From an uncultured Gemmatimonadales bacterium (GTDB taxonomy: Bacteria; Gemmatimonadota; Gemmatimonadetes; Longimicrobiales; RSA9), in assembly GCA_963708135.1 (NCBI GenBank), contig OY970192.1:4992001-5056000 (forward strand): a DNA stretch of 64,000 nt, written 5' to 3'. The position numbers were made by a program, and so were the translations under genes. This document shows positions 1-10,311 of the stretch, piece by piece. Under the pieces are notes generated by a model that saw only the letters and a program-made list of their open reading frames with translations, had not been told where the DNA came from and made no database searches. Each line of letters starts with the position of its first letter. The stretch's first letter is position 1.

Positions 1-418
1 TGATCTGGCTCACGCCCTCGAGCGAGACGGACGTGATCCGCTTGACGCCCTGGATCGGGTTGAACGCCTCCTCCAGCGGCCGGGTCACGTCGCGCTCGAC
101 CGTCTCCGGGCTCGCGCCCTGGTAGACCGTCTGCACCACCGCCACCGGCAGGTCCACGTCCGGGAACTGGTCGATGGCCAGCCGCCGGAAGCTGAACACC
201 CCCAGCACGATCAGCCCCAGCATCACCATCGTGGTGAAGACCGGGCGCCGGATGGCGACACCGGAGAGCCCGCCACCGTGCGCGGCCGCACCCAGCCCGC
301 GGTGCAGCGATGCCGTGCCCAGCTCCTCCGGCTCCCGGGGCGCCCCGTCCCGCCCGGCGCCCGCGCCGTTCGGCCGCGCGCCGTCCGCGCCGCCGCCGTC
401 GTATCCGTTCGTCGCCAT
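1..418 (-). CDS. RND efflux transporter permease subunit (AcrB family), N-terminal part; continues beyond window start
   Basis: Manual translation from ATG at 418 gives ...AIRRPVFTTMVMLGLIVLGVFSFRRLAIDQFPDVDLPVAVVQTVYQGASPETVERDVTRPLEEA..., a typical AcrB-family N-terminus; lies downstream of the adaptor gene. Confidence 0.9.
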   Translation of the reverse strand, partial: MATNGYDGGGADGARPNGAGAGRDGAPREPEELGTASLHRGLGAAAHGGGLSGVAIRRPVFTTMVMLGLIVLGVFSFRRLAIDQFPDVDLPVAVVQTVYQGASPETVERDVTRPLEEAFNPIQGVKRITSVSLEGVSQI

Positions 419-422
419 GGCC

Positions 423-1577
423 TCAGCTCCCCCGCACGTCCGGCCCGGCCGCCGCGGGCGCCGCGGCGTTGATCCGAACCTGCTGTCCCTCCGTCAGATC
501 GCCCGGCGCGGCCACCACCCGGTCGCCGGCGGAGATCCCCGAGAGCACCTGCACCACGCCGCGCGCCTCATCGCGCGCGCCCAGATTCACGGCCCGGCGC
601 TCGGCCCGGCCTCCGCTAATGCGCCAGACGTACGCGCCCGCGCCCTCGCCGCGCACGGCCGCGGCCGGCAGCACGACACTCTCGCTGGCGGTACCCGTCA
701 GGATCCGGCCCGTGGCGAAGAGCCCGCCCACGAGCGCGCCGGCCGGGTTCGGCAGACGGACGTAGACGCCGACCTGGCGCGTGTCCGGGTCCGCCGTCGG
801 CTCGACGCGCGCCACGCTGCCCCGCAGCGTGCGGCCCGGGTAGGCGTCCACCGTGAACTCTACAGGCATGCCGGGCCGGATGCGCACCGCGTCATCCGCC
901 GGCACCTGGCCCGCCAGCTCGAGGATCCCCGAGTTCACGAGCGTGAGCAGCAGCTGCCCCGGACTCACCGCCTCGCCGTCACTGACGGCGCGCGCGCTGA
1001 CCCGGCCAGCCAGCGGCGCGGTCACTTTGGCCCGGCTCGCCGCCTCCTGCGCGCCCGCGGACTGCGCCTGCGCCGCCGCGAGCTGCGCCTCGGCCGCCTC
1101 GTCCGCGGCCTTCGCCTGCTGGAACTCGATGTCGGACATGGCGCCCGCGTCGTGGAGCTTGCGCGCCGACTCGAGCTGGCGGGCGGCGAGCGCCAGGGCC
1201 GCCCTCGCCGAGGCCACGGCCGCCCGCGCGCCCGCCGCCTGCCCCTGGATCCCCGCCGCCTGGATCACCGCCACGACCTCGCCCGCGCCCACGGCCGTGC
1301 CGCGATCGACCCGCAGGCCCGTGAGCACGCCCGGCACCTGCGCGCGCACATCCACCACGCGGTAGGGCTGGAGCGTGCCGCTCACCACCACGCCCGCGCG
1401 CAGGCTGTCGCGCGCGGCCGTCACCACGTCCGTCGGCGAGAGCACGAGCGCCGTCGTGGACAGCGCCCCCGCCGCCGGCGCCGCGTCCGCCGCGCCCGCG
1501 CCGTCCTTGCCTCCGCATCCCGCCGCGGCGAGGACGGCCAGGGCCAGCGCGCACCGGACTGCATCTATGTATTTCAT
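423..1577 (-). CDS. RND efflux periplasmic adaptor (membrane fusion protein), probable lipoprotein
   Basis: C-terminal part of ORF 423..3239, from MKYIDAVRCALALAVLAAAGC (lipobox-like); lipoyl-like half motifs, coiled-coil hairpin, APLAGRVS; ATG overlaps the TolC stop. Confidence 0.9.
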   Translation of the reverse strand: MKYIDAVRCALALAVLAAAGCGGKDGAGAADAAPAAGALSTTALVLSPTDVVTAARDSLRAGVVVSGTLQPYRVVDVRAQVPGVLTGLRVDRGTAVGAGEVVAVIQAAGIQGQAAGARAAVASARAALALAARQLESARKLHDAGAMSDIEFQQAKAADEAAEAQLAAAQAQSAGAQEAASRAKVTAPLAGRVSARAVSDGEAVSPGQLLLTLVNSGILELAGQVPADDAVRIRPGMPVEFTVDAYPGRTLRGSVARVEPTADPDTRQVGVYVRLPNPAGALVGGLFATGRILTGTASESVVLPAAAVRGEGAGAYVWRISGGRAERRAVNLGARDEARGVVQVLSGISAGDRVVAAPGDLTEGQQVRINAAAPAAAGPDVRGS

Positions 1578-3130
1578 GGCAATGTCGTCTCCTCGGCGCG
1601 CACGCCCAGCGCGCGCTCCGCGGCGGCCAGCGCCGCATAGGCATCGTGGTAGGCCTGCACCTCGTTGATCCGGGCCTGCTGCAGCGAGAGGCGGGCGGTC
1701 GAGACATCGAGCTGCGTGGCCTGCCCCTCCTGGTAGCGGAGCTCCGTCAGCTCGTAGACCTTCTGCGCCTGCGCCGACGTGCGCGCCGCGGCCGCGATCT
1801 GGGCCTGGGCGCGCGCGAACTCGCCGCGCGCGCGGTCGTACTCGATCCTCACGCCCTCGATGAGCTGGTCGTGCTGCAGCTCCGCCAGGTCGAGCTGCGC
1901 GTGCGCCGCGTCCATCTCGGCGCCGCGCCGAAAGCCCTGGAAGAGCGGCCACTGCACCAGGAACCCGACGTTCCAGTCGTCGCGCCACTCGCCGCCGGAC
2001 GGGAAGCTGAACGTGGCCGCCGGGTACGCCTGCCGGTTGAGGTTCCCCGTGAGCGCCACCGTCGGCAGGTAGGCCGCGCGCGCGATCGAGACCTGCGCCC
2101 GCCGCACCGAGATCTGCTTCTCGGCCGCCACGACCGTGGCCCGGCGCGCGAGGCGGGGAGAGGCGGCCTGCAGGGTCGGGAGCTCGAGCGAGGCGACGGA
2201 GGTGCCGTCCGCCGTCGTCGCCTGGAGCTCGGTCGTCAGCCGCAGCTGCCCGTCCGCCGGCAGGTTCACCAGCCGCTTCAGGTTCAGCAGCGCCAGGTCG
2301 CGCGCGTTGCGCGCCTGCACCAGCTGCGGGACCAGGTTCTCGAGGTCCACCGCGGCGCGCAGCGTGTCCAGCTCGGACGCGCGCCCCGCGTCCTCCCGCA
2401 GCTTGACCTCCGCCAGGTGACGACGCGCCAGCTCGACGCTCTCCTCCATGATCGTCGCGCTGCGCCCCGCCAGCACCGCGTCGTAGTACGCCTGCTTGAC
2501 CTGCTGGGCGACGTCGCCGCGCGCCTCCTCCAGCGACGCCCGCGCCGCGTCCGCCGCATCCTCCGCCATGTCGATCCCCGCCCGGATCCTGCCGCCCGCG
2601 AAGATCGGCTGCGCCACCGTCAGCCCCGCCACCCACGTGTTCGGTCGCCCGAACGGCAGGTTGCCGAAGATGTCGCCCAGCGCGCCCAGCGCCGCGTTCG
2701 GCGTCTTGTCCTCCAGGTACTTCACCCGCTCCGCCAGCGACGCGTCCGGGTTCGGCTCGAACTTCAGCGAGTCCGGCAGCGTGAAGCCCACCCCCTGGTA
2801 GACCGACCGCAGCAGCCGCGTGAACGCCAGCTGCGTGTTCACCTGCGGCAGCGCCGACGCCCGCGCCGTGCCCACCTGCGCGCTCGCGTACTTCACCTGC
2901 GCCCGCGCGCCGCGCACCTCCTCGCTCCGGTCCAGCGCCCGCGCCAGCGCCGCCTCGAGCGACAGCGGCTGCCCCGCCGTGTCCGCCGCGGCTCCGGCCG
3001 GCGACCCCACGGCCGCCCGCGCTGTCCCCGCCGCTCCCCGCGCCCCCGCCTGCGCCAGTACGGGCCGCGCCATCATCAGCAGGACGGCCACCGTCATGGT
3101 CGCCGCCCCCGTCCCTCTCGCTCTCATCAC
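1574..3130 (-). CDS. TolC-family outer membrane efflux protein
   Basis: Signal peptide, LSLEAALARAL, two helical repeats, YQEGQATQLDV motif; in the RND operon. Confidence 0.9.
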   Translation of the reverse strand: MMRARGTGAATMTVAVLLMMARPVLAQAGARGAAGTARAAVGSPAGAAADTAGQPLSLEAALARALDRSEEVRGARAQVKYASAQVGTARASALPQVNTQLAFTRLLRSVYQGVGFTLPDSLKFEPNPDASLAERVKYLEDKTPNAALGALGDIFGNLPFGRPNTWVAGLTVAQPIFAGGRIRAGIDMAEDAADAARASLEEARGDVAQQVKQAYYDAVLAGRSATIMEESVELARRHLAEVKLREDAGRASELDTLRAAVDLENLVPQLVQARNARDLALLNLKRLVNLPADGQLRLTTELQATTADGTSVASLELPTLQAASPRLARRATVVAAEKQISVRRAQVSIARAAYLPTVALTGNLNRQAYPAATFSFPSGGEWRDDWNVGFLVQWPLFQGFRRGAEMDAAHAQLDLAELQHDQLIEGVRIEYDRARGEFARAQAQIAAAARTSAQAQKVYELTELRYQEGQATQLDVSTARLSLQQARINEVQAYHDAYAALAAAERALGVRAEETTLP

Positions 3131-3615
3131 TCCATCTCCCCGATCCGGCCGCCGCTCCCCGCCTCGCCCTCCAGCCAGCGCGCCTGCGCCCCCTGGATGA
3201 CCTCCAGCATATGCGCGAAGAACGAAGCAAAAGTTTCAAGCCGCTCCCGCACCTCCGCGTCCCCCGCCAGCCCTCCCGACAACGCCCACTCGAGCAGCGC
3301 CCCCGTCTCCCGAAACCCCGACACCCACATCGACAGCATCCGCGTGTGCAGGTCCGGCGCGATCCGGTAGAAGTCGCGCCGATCCCCCCGCCGCGTCACC
3401 CGTTCCACCGATCCCATCCGCCCCAGCATGCGCGTGTTGCTGCTCACGCTCGCCTTGCTCACCCGCAGCGCGTCCGCGATCTCGTCCAGCGTCCTCGGTT
3501 CCGGGCTCAGCAGCAGGTAGCCCAGGATCCTCCCGCCGATCCGCGGCAGCCCGTCCTGCTCGAAGCGCAGCCCCACCTTCTCGATGAACCGCTCGACGCT
3601 CGGCTCGGTCTCCAT
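3127..3615 (-). CDS. GbsR/MarR-family winged-helix transcriptional regulator
   Basis: METEPSVERFIEKVG...GLPRIGGRILGYLLLSPEPRTLDEIADALRVSKASVSSNTRML...GDRRDFY; first gene of the efflux operon. Confidence 0.85.
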   Translation of the reverse strand: METEPSVERFIEKVGLRFEQDGLPRIGGRILGYLLLSPEPRTLDEIADALRVSKASVSSNTRMLGRMGSVERVTRRGDRRDFYRIAPDLHTRMLSMWVSGFRETGALLEWALSGGLAGDAEVRERLETFASFFAHMLEVIQGAQARWLEGEAGSGGRIGEME

Positions 3616-3700
3616 CAATTCGCCACCGCCTCCCGAAGTTCTCGGCTCGGCCTCGCCCGCCGTTGCGGCGCGCGTCCGGCTGGGGCGGCTGAGTCTATAT

Positions 3701-3729
3701 CGTTCAGTACGTTCAGTCAATACTGTACG
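3701..3729. promoter_or_regulatory. Candidate operator for the GbsR/MarR regulator
   Basis: AT-richer patch CGTTCAGTA CGTTCAGT CAAT ACTGTACG: a direct repeat plus an imperfect inverted repeat ~90 bp upstream of the regulator start. Confidence 0.5.
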
Positions 3730-3966
3730 ACGCCGCGGACACGGGTCTCGCTCCAGGCCCGCCGCGCCGGGGCAGCCGCTGTCCTCGCCGGCAGGCACGG
3801 GTCCGGGCTCTCTACCCTATGCGTCGAACGAGCGGGAGCGAAATCGACAGGGACCGGCGTGCTTCGGATCGCCGGCGTGCTTCTCTCTCGCCGAGACGCG
3901 GAGGGGCATTCCGCGGATCACCGGCGCGAGTCTCTCTCGGGCGAGGCGTCCCGGAGACGCGCCGGC

Positions 3967-5913
3967 TCAGCCGGCCTCCGTCTCCAGCGCCCTCCCCGCC
4001 TCCGCCCAGCGCTCGATCGCGCTCTCGAGCGCGGCGTGCGCGGCGGCGAGCTCGCCCTGCAGCCCCGCGGCCTGGCGGGAGCCTTCGCCGGTGGCGTAGA
4101 GCGCCTCGTCCGCGAGCCGCTCCTCGAGCTCGGCCACGCGCGCCTCGAGGCGGTTCACCTCGTGCTCGGCTTCCTCGAGGGCCTGGCGCAGCGCGCGCGT
4201 GCGTGCGCGTTCGTCCTTCTCCCGGGCCAGGCGGCCGCGGGCGGCGCGGCGCTCCTCGTCGCGGCTGCGCTGCGTCTCGGCGGCCGCGACGCGCGCAGCC
4301 TCCCGTGACTGGCGCTCGCGCTGCTCCTCCCATTCGCCGAAGGTGCCGGGGTAGTCCGCGATGCGCGCGTCCTCGAGCGCCCACACGCGGCCGGCGAGGG
4401 CGCCGAGGAGAGCCCGGTCGTGGCTGACGAGGATGACGGTGCCGTCGAATGCCGAGACGGCGTCCTCGAGCGCCTCGATCGACTCGATGTCCAGGTGGTT
4501 GGTCGGCTCGTCGAGGAGCAGCAGGTTGGCGTGGGCGAGGACGAGCATCGCCAGGGCGACGCGGGCTCTCTCCCCGCCGGACAGCGTCTCCGCCTTTCGG
4601 AGCACCTCCTCGCCCGAGAAGCCGAAGCGCCCGAGGTGGCCCTGCACCTTGCCGCGGTCCCAGAGGGGGCGCAGGTCGTGGACGATGTCGAAGAGCGCGC
4701 GGTCGGTCGGCACCTGGGCCATGTCCTGCCTGTACCAGGCGACGTCGATCGACTCACCGACCTCGAGCCGTCCGCCCTCGATGCCGCGCAGTCCCGCGAT
4801 GGCGCGGAGCAGCGTGGACTTGCCCGCTCCGTTCGGCCCCACCATGCCGACCACCTCGCCGCGGGTGACGCGGGCGGAGAAGTCCTCGATGAGGGTGCGC
4901 TCGCCGACGGCGATGTGGACGTGGTCGGCCACGAGCACCTGGTTCCCGCCGCGGGTCCGCGCCTCGAGGGCGATCGCCATGGCGCCCTCCTCGCCCGGCG
5001 GCGGGCTGAGCCGGGCCAGGCGGGCGAGGCGGGTGCGTCGCCCTTTGGCCTGCCGGGAGTTCTGGCCCGCGATGTTCCTGCGGATGTAGTCCTCCTGGGC
5101 AGCGATCGTCTTCCGCTGCGCGTCGTAGGCGCGCTGCTGCGAGAGGCGGCGCTCGGCGCGCTGGCGCACGAAGTCATCCCAGCCGCCGGCGTAGGCGAAG
5201 GCGGTGCCGGCCTCGAGGTGGAGCACGTGGTCCACGACGGCGTCGAGGAAGGCGCGGTCATGGCTGATGAGGAGGACGGTGGCGTCCAGGCCGCGCAGGT
5301 AGTCCTCGAGCCAGCGGGTGGTCTCGAGGTCGAGGTGATTGGTGGGCTCGTCGAGGAGCAGCACGTCGGAGTCGGCCAGCAGCTGGCGGGCGAGGCCGAC
5401 CCGGCCGAGCTCGCCGCCGGAGAGCCGATCGAGCGGCGTCGTGCGGGCCGCGACGGGATCGAAGCCGATGCCGTGCAGCACCGCGTCCACGCGCGCATCC
5501 ATCTGGTAGCCGCCCTCGCGGCGGAATCGCTCGAGGTCGTGGTCGTAGCGGGCGAGCTGCTCGGGCGTGGCGGCCTCGCCCGCCTCGCCGATGGCGTGGG
5601 CCTGGCGCTCGAGCGCGTGCTCGAGGGCGGCGAGCTCGGCGAACGGGCTCGCGGCCGCGTCCCACACGGTGGTGGCGCCGGGGAACTCGCGGTGCTGGTC
5701 GAGCAGCGTGAGCCGGAGCCCGGGCGCGCGGGCCACCGACCCGCGTGTCGGCTCGAGCCGACCCGCGATCACGTTCAGCAGGGAGGTCTTGCCGGAGCCG
5801 TTCCGGCCGATGATGCCCCACCGCTCGCCGCGCGAGACGGTGAAAGTGACCTCCCTCAGGATCGGCGTGGCGCCGAACTCGACGGCAACGCCGGACAGCG
5901 CGATCTCGCTCAC
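3967..5913 (-). CDS. ABC-F family ATP-binding protein
   Basis: Two ABC cassettes (GRNGSGKT/LSGGE/LLLDEPTNHLD and GPNGAGKS/LSGGE/LLLDEPTNHLD), no TM segments, C-terminal coiled coil. Confidence 0.95.
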   Translation of the reverse strand: MSEIALSGVAVEFGATPILREVTFTVSRGERWGIIGRNGSGKTSLLNVIAGRLEPTRGSVARAPGLRLTLLDQHREFPGATTVWDAAASPFAELAALEHALERQAHAIGEAGEAATPEQLARYDHDLERFRREGGYQMDARVDAVLHGIGFDPVAARTTPLDRLSGGELGRVGLARQLLADSDVLLLDEPTNHLDLETTRWLEDYLRGLDATVLLISHDRAFLDAVVDHVLHLEAGTAFAYAGGWDDFVRQRAERRLSQQRAYDAQRKTIAAQEDYIRRNIAGQNSRQAKGRRTRLARLARLSPPPGEEGAMAIALEARTRGGNQVLVADHVHIAVGERTLIEDFSARVTRGEVVGMVGPNGAGKSTLLRAIAGLRGIEGGRLEVGESIDVAWYRQDMAQVPTDRALFDIVHDLRPLWDRGKVQGHLGRFGFSGEEVLRKAETLSGGERARVALAMLVLAHANLLLLDEPTNHLDIESIEALEDAVSAFDGTVILVSHDRALLGALAGRVWALEDARIADYPGTFGEWEEQRERQSREAARVAAAETQRSRDEERRAARGRLAREKDERARTRALRQALEEAEHEVNRLEARVAELEERLADEALYATGEGSRQAAGLQGELAAAHAALESAIERWAEAGRALETEAG

Positions 5914-6250
5914 TTCCTTGCGGCTCCCCTTTCCATGCGACGTCTCCCCGCGGCCTCCGCGCCGCGCGGCCCGCCTGCCCCGGGCCGAGGCGTCGTGGTG
6001 ACGGACCGCGGTGCGGTCCGCGCGAGAAGACTACCGTCCGCGGGCGCGTTCGCATACCCCGCGGCGCCAATCGGCGCGCGGCCGATCCGTGCCGGCTGCA
6101 GCGGGGGCGCGAGCGGGCCAGGGGGGCCGGCGGACTGGACCCGAACCTGCGGTGATGGAAGGCGGAGGCGGCGCCGTCGTCGCCTCGGGCGGGAGCGGGC
6201 CAGCGGTGGCCGAACCGCCGCGGGTGGAGCCGAATCGAGGAGTTCTCATC

Positions 6251-7108
6251 ATGAGGGGAATGGAGCAGGTGACCGCCGAGTCGAGCGGCACCTTCATGCT
6301 GGGCGGCGAGCTGCCGGTGCACCGGCTGGGCTTCGGCGCCATGCGGATCACGGGGGAAGGGATCTGGGGCGAGCCGCGCGACGCCGCGGCGGCGAGGCGG
6401 GTGCTGCGGCGGGCGGTAGACCTCGGCGTGACGCTGATCGACACGGCGGAGGCGTACGGTCCGCACGTGAGCGAGCGGCTGATCGCGGAGGCGCTCTACC
6501 CGTATCCGGAGGACCTGGTCATCGCGACGAAGGGCGGCCTCGACCGTCCCGGCCCCGGGCAATGGAAGCCGGACGGGCGGCCGGAGCGGCTGCGCGAGGA
6601 GCTGGAGGGCAGCCTGCGTCGCCTGAGGGTGGACTGCATCGACCTGTGGCAGCTGCACCGGATCGACCCGGACGTGCCGGAGGACGAGCAGTTCGGGATC
6701 ATGCAGGAGTTCCAGCGCGAGGGCTCGGTCCGGCTGCTCGGGCTGTCCGAGGCCGACGTGGACCAGATCCAGCGGGCGCGGCACTTCTTCACGGTGGCGG
6801 CGGTGCAGAACCGCTTCAACCTGGAGGATCGGGAGTGGGAGCCGGTGCTGGACTACTGCGGCGGGTCGGGCATCGCGTTCCTGCCGTGGTTCCCGCTGAA
6901 GATGGGCGAGCTCCCGGGTCAGGGCGGCCGCCTGGCGGCGCTGGCGGCGCGCCACGGGGCGACGCCGGCGCAGGTCGCGCTCGCCTGGCTGCTGGCCCGT
7001 TCGCCGGTGCTGCTGCCGATCCCGGGTACATCGAGCGAGGAGCACCTCGAGGAGAACGTGGAGGCGGCGGGGGTCGAGCTGAGCGAGGAGGAGGTGGAGG
7101 CGCTCTAG
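6251..7108 (+). CDS. Aldo/keto reductase
   Basis: [54 protein letters not shown] at 6237-6242. Confidence 0.93.
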   Translation: MRGMEQVTAESSGTFMLGGELPVHRLGFGAMRITGEGIWGEPRDAAAARRVLRRAVDLGVTLIDTAEAYGPHVSERLIAEALYPYPEDLVIATKGGLDRPGPGQWKPDGRPERLREELEGSLRRLRVDCIDLWQLHRIDPDVPEDEQFGIMQEFQREGSVRLLGLSEADVDQIQRARHFFTVAAVQNRFNLEDREWEPVLDYCGGSGIAFLPWFPLKMGELPGQGGRLAALAARHGATPAQVALAWLLARSPVLLPIPGTSSEEHLEENVEAAGVELSEEEVEAL

Positions 7109-7248
7109 TCGCTCGCGGCGCTCGGGAGTGTGCGATCGTGCTCGCTCGCGCGCGTCTCTCTCGAGAGGCGCGAGAGACGGCCGCGTGGACCGGCGCCCGG
7201 CCACCCCCTAGATTGGAGCGGTTCCCCTCTGCCCGGAGCGAGCGCATC

Positions 7249-8568
7249 GTGCAACGAACCCTCACCGTGAGACCGCCGGCGCCCGGCGCGGCGCCGCGCC
7301 GCGCGAGCCGGGTGTCCGCCATGGCCGACGGCCTCGTCGGCTCCGCGATCCTGAAGGTCGCGGCGGAGATCCGGGGGCTCCTCGCCCGCGGGATCGACGT
7401 CTGCAACCTGACGGTCGGCGACTTCAAGCCGGCGGAGTTCCCGATCCCGGAGGTGCTGGAGCGCCGGGTGGAGGCGGCGCTGCGCGGCGGCGAGACGAAC
7501 TACCCGCCGTCCAACGGCATGCCGGTGCTGCGCGAGAGCGTGTGCGGGTTCTACCGCCGGGCGTTGGGGCTCGACTACCCGGTCGAGTCCGTGCTCATCA
7601 CGGCGGGCGCCCGGCCCGCGATCTATGCGACGTTCCGCGTCCTCGTCGATCCCGGCGACCGCGTCGTCTTCGCGGTCCCGTCCTGGAACAACGACTACTA
7701 CTGCCAGATGGTCGGCGCGGAGCCGGTCGCCGTGGCATGCGACGCCGCCACCGCGTTCCTGCCCCACCGCTCGATGCTCGAGGAGGCGGTGCGCGGCGCC
7801 CGGCTGCTCGCGCTCAACTCGCCGCTGAATCCGACCGGCACGGTGATGGACGCGGAGGTGCTGCGCGGGATCACGGAGCTGGTCGTCGAGGAGAACGCGC
7901 GAAGGGGCCCGGACGAGCGGCCGCTCTACCTGATGTACGACCAGATCTACTGGATGCTCACCTACGGCGCCGCCCGCCACGCGAACCCGGTGACGCTCGT
8001 GCCGGAGGCGGCGCCCTGGGTCATTCAGATCGACGGCATCTCGAAGGCCTTCGCGGCCACCGGGCTCCGCGTCGGCTGGGCGCTCGGCCCGGCCGACGTC
8101 ATCCAGAGCATGTCGGACTTCAACGGCCACACCGGCGCGTGGGCGCCGCGCCCCGAGCAGGTGGCGACCGCCGAGCTGCTGGCCGCGCCCGCCGAGATCG
8201 AGGCCTACCACGCGGTCATGAAGACGTCGGTCCAGGCGCGGCTGGACGCGCTCTACCGCGGCATCGTCGCCATGCGCGACGCGGGCCTCCCCGTGGACGC
8301 CTTCGCCCCCGCGGGCGCGATCTACCTCAGCGCCCGCTTCGCGCTGAACGGGATGCGCGCGCCGGACGGCCGCACGCTCGAGACCAACGATGACGTGCGC
8401 GCCTACCTGCTCCGTGAGGCCGGCTTCGCCGTGGTGCCGTTCCAGGCCTTCGGCGTCCAGGAGGACAGCGGCTGGTTCCGCCTCTCCGCCGGCGCCGTCT
8501 CCACCGCCTCCATCGAGGCGACCCTGCCGCGGCTGGAAGCCGCCGTGCGCGCTGCCGCGACGGGCTGA
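7249..8568 (+). CDS. PLP-dependent aminotransferase class I/II (aspartate aminotransferase-like)
   Basis: C-terminal part of ORF 4420..8568: YPPSNG, NSPLNPTG, YDQIY, GISKAFAATGLRVGW; start codon uncertain (GTG 7249 or ATG 7321). Confidence 0.9.
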   Translation: MQRTLTVRPPAPGAAPRRASRVSAMADGLVGSAILKVAAEIRGLLARGIDVCNLTVGDFKPAEFPIPEVLERRVEAALRGGETNYPPSNGMPVLRESVCGFYRRALGLDYPVESVLITAGARPAIYATFRVLVDPGDRVVFAVPSWNNDYYCQMVGAEPVAVACDAATAFLPHRSMLEEAVRGARLLALNSPLNPTGTVMDAEVLRGITELVVEENARRGPDERPLYLMYDQIYWMLTYGAARHANPVTLVPEAAPWVIQIDGISKAFAATGLRVGWALGPADVIQSMSDFNGHTGAWAPRPEQVATAELLAAPAEIEAYHAVMKTSVQARLDALYRGIVAMRDAGLPVDAFAPAGAIYLSARFALNGMRAPDGRTLETNDDVRAYLLREAGFAVVPFQAFGVQEDSGWFRLSAGAVSTASIEATLPRLEAAVRAAATG

Positions 8569-8696
8569 CGCCCCGCCCCCCCGGCCCCGCACGACCCGGG
8601 GGGGGCAACTTCACGAGGGTGAAGCGCGCGCGAGCCCCTCGCCCCGTTTTTGCAACCCCTTGCGGCGCAAATCGATGACTCCGGGGAGGGGTGGGC

Positions 8697-10311
8697 ATGG
8701 GCGGTATGGAGGGGGGGCGCTACGATGCGATCATCATCGGGAGCGGGGTCGGCGGGGGGATGGCGGCGCACGGGCTTGTGGAGGCGGGCCTGCGGGTGCT
8801 GGTCATCGAGCGCGGCGACTGGGTCCGGCGAGGTCCGCACAACTGGGAGGAGGACGGGGCGGTCAACCTGACGCCGCAGTACAGCATGGAGACGCCGTAC
8901 GAGCGGGCGGGGCGGCGGCGGGACGCGGTCGGGTCCGTGCACTGCGTGGGCGGCCCGTCCGTCTTCTACGGGGCCGTGTCGATGCGGCTGCGGGAGCGCG
9001 ATTTCCATCCCGACCGTCGGCTGCACGGGGAGCTGGGCGGGTGGCCGCTCGGCTACGAGGCGCTGGAGCCGTACTATGCGCGGGCGGAGCGCCTGCTCGG
9101 AGTGGCGGGGCGGCGGGGGGCGGACCCGACGGAGCCGCTCCGGAGCAGTCCCTATCCGGCGTCGCCAGCGGAGCTCTCTCCGATCTCCGCACCCGCATCG
9201 CGGCGGCGGCCCGGCGGCTCGGTTGCGATCCCTTTCCGCTGCCGCTCGCGATTCGCTTCGAGGGCGAGCGGCGCGAGTGCATCCGGTGCGCGACGTGCGA
9301 CTGCTTCGCCTGCGCGGTGAGCGCGAAGAACGACATCGCGACGGCGGTGCTGCCGCGGCTGCTGGAGCGCGGGCTCTCGCTCGCCACGCGGACCGTGGCG
9401 GTACGGCTGCTCGAGTCCGGCGGGCGGGCGAGGGGTGTCGAGTGCGTGGACCGGCGCGACGGCTCGCGGCGCCGCTACCGCGCCGACCGGATCCTGCTCG
9501 CGGCGGGCGCGCTCGCCTCGGCGCACCTGGTCCTGGCGTCGGGGCTCGATCGGCTGAGCCCCGCCCCGGCGCTGGTCGGCGGCACGCTGATGCGGCACTG
9601 CAGCGCGATCGTCTACGGCATCTTCCCGCGCGGGCTCGAGGGCAGGGGTCTCTTCCACAAGCAGGTGGGCGTGCACGACTTCTACTTCGGGCATCCGGCG
9701 ATCGGCGCGGCGCGCGGGCGGCTCGGCTCGATCCAGCAGGTCCACACGCCGCCGCTCGGGCTCGTGCGCGCGCGGCTGCCGCGGCCGCTGCACCGGTTCG
9801 TGCCCCCCGTCGTGGATCGGATGACGGGACTGCTCGTCATGGCGGAGGACCAGCCCTGCCCGGAGAACCGCGTGGCGCTGGAAGCCCCGTCGCCTCGATC
9901 CGCCACCGCCACACGAAGCGGGACCGGATGGCGCGCCGCGCCCTCGCGCGCGAGGCGCGGCGGATCCTCCGTGAGGCGGGCGCGTGGCTCACCTACACGC
10001 ACCGGATCGACACCTTCTCGCACGCCGTCGGCACGCTGCGCATGGGCGCCGACCCGACCCGCTCGGTGGTGGACGCCGGGGGCCGGTTCCGCGGCGTCGA
10101 TGACCTCTACGTGGTGGACGGCAGCTTCATGCCCGCGGCCGGCGGCGTGAACCCGAGCCTGACCATCGCGGCGCACGCGCTGCGCGTGGCGGACATCATT
10201 GCAGGCGACGGCGGCGCGCGCCCGGCTCCCGGCGCCGGGCGGGTCTCGCGGGCACGGCGCGCGGCCTCGCCCCTCGCGGTCCTGCGGCGGACGGAAGATG
10301 AGCGTGTCTGA
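8697..10311 (+). pseudogene. GMC-family oxidoreductase split over three frames (frameshifts near 9192 and 9885)
   Basis: DAIIIGSGVGG FAD motif in ORF 8691..9320; CIRCATCDCFAC and MAEDQP in ORF 8390..10150; HAVGTLRMG...VVDGSFMPAAGGVNPSLTI in ORF 9076..10311. Confidence 0.8.
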
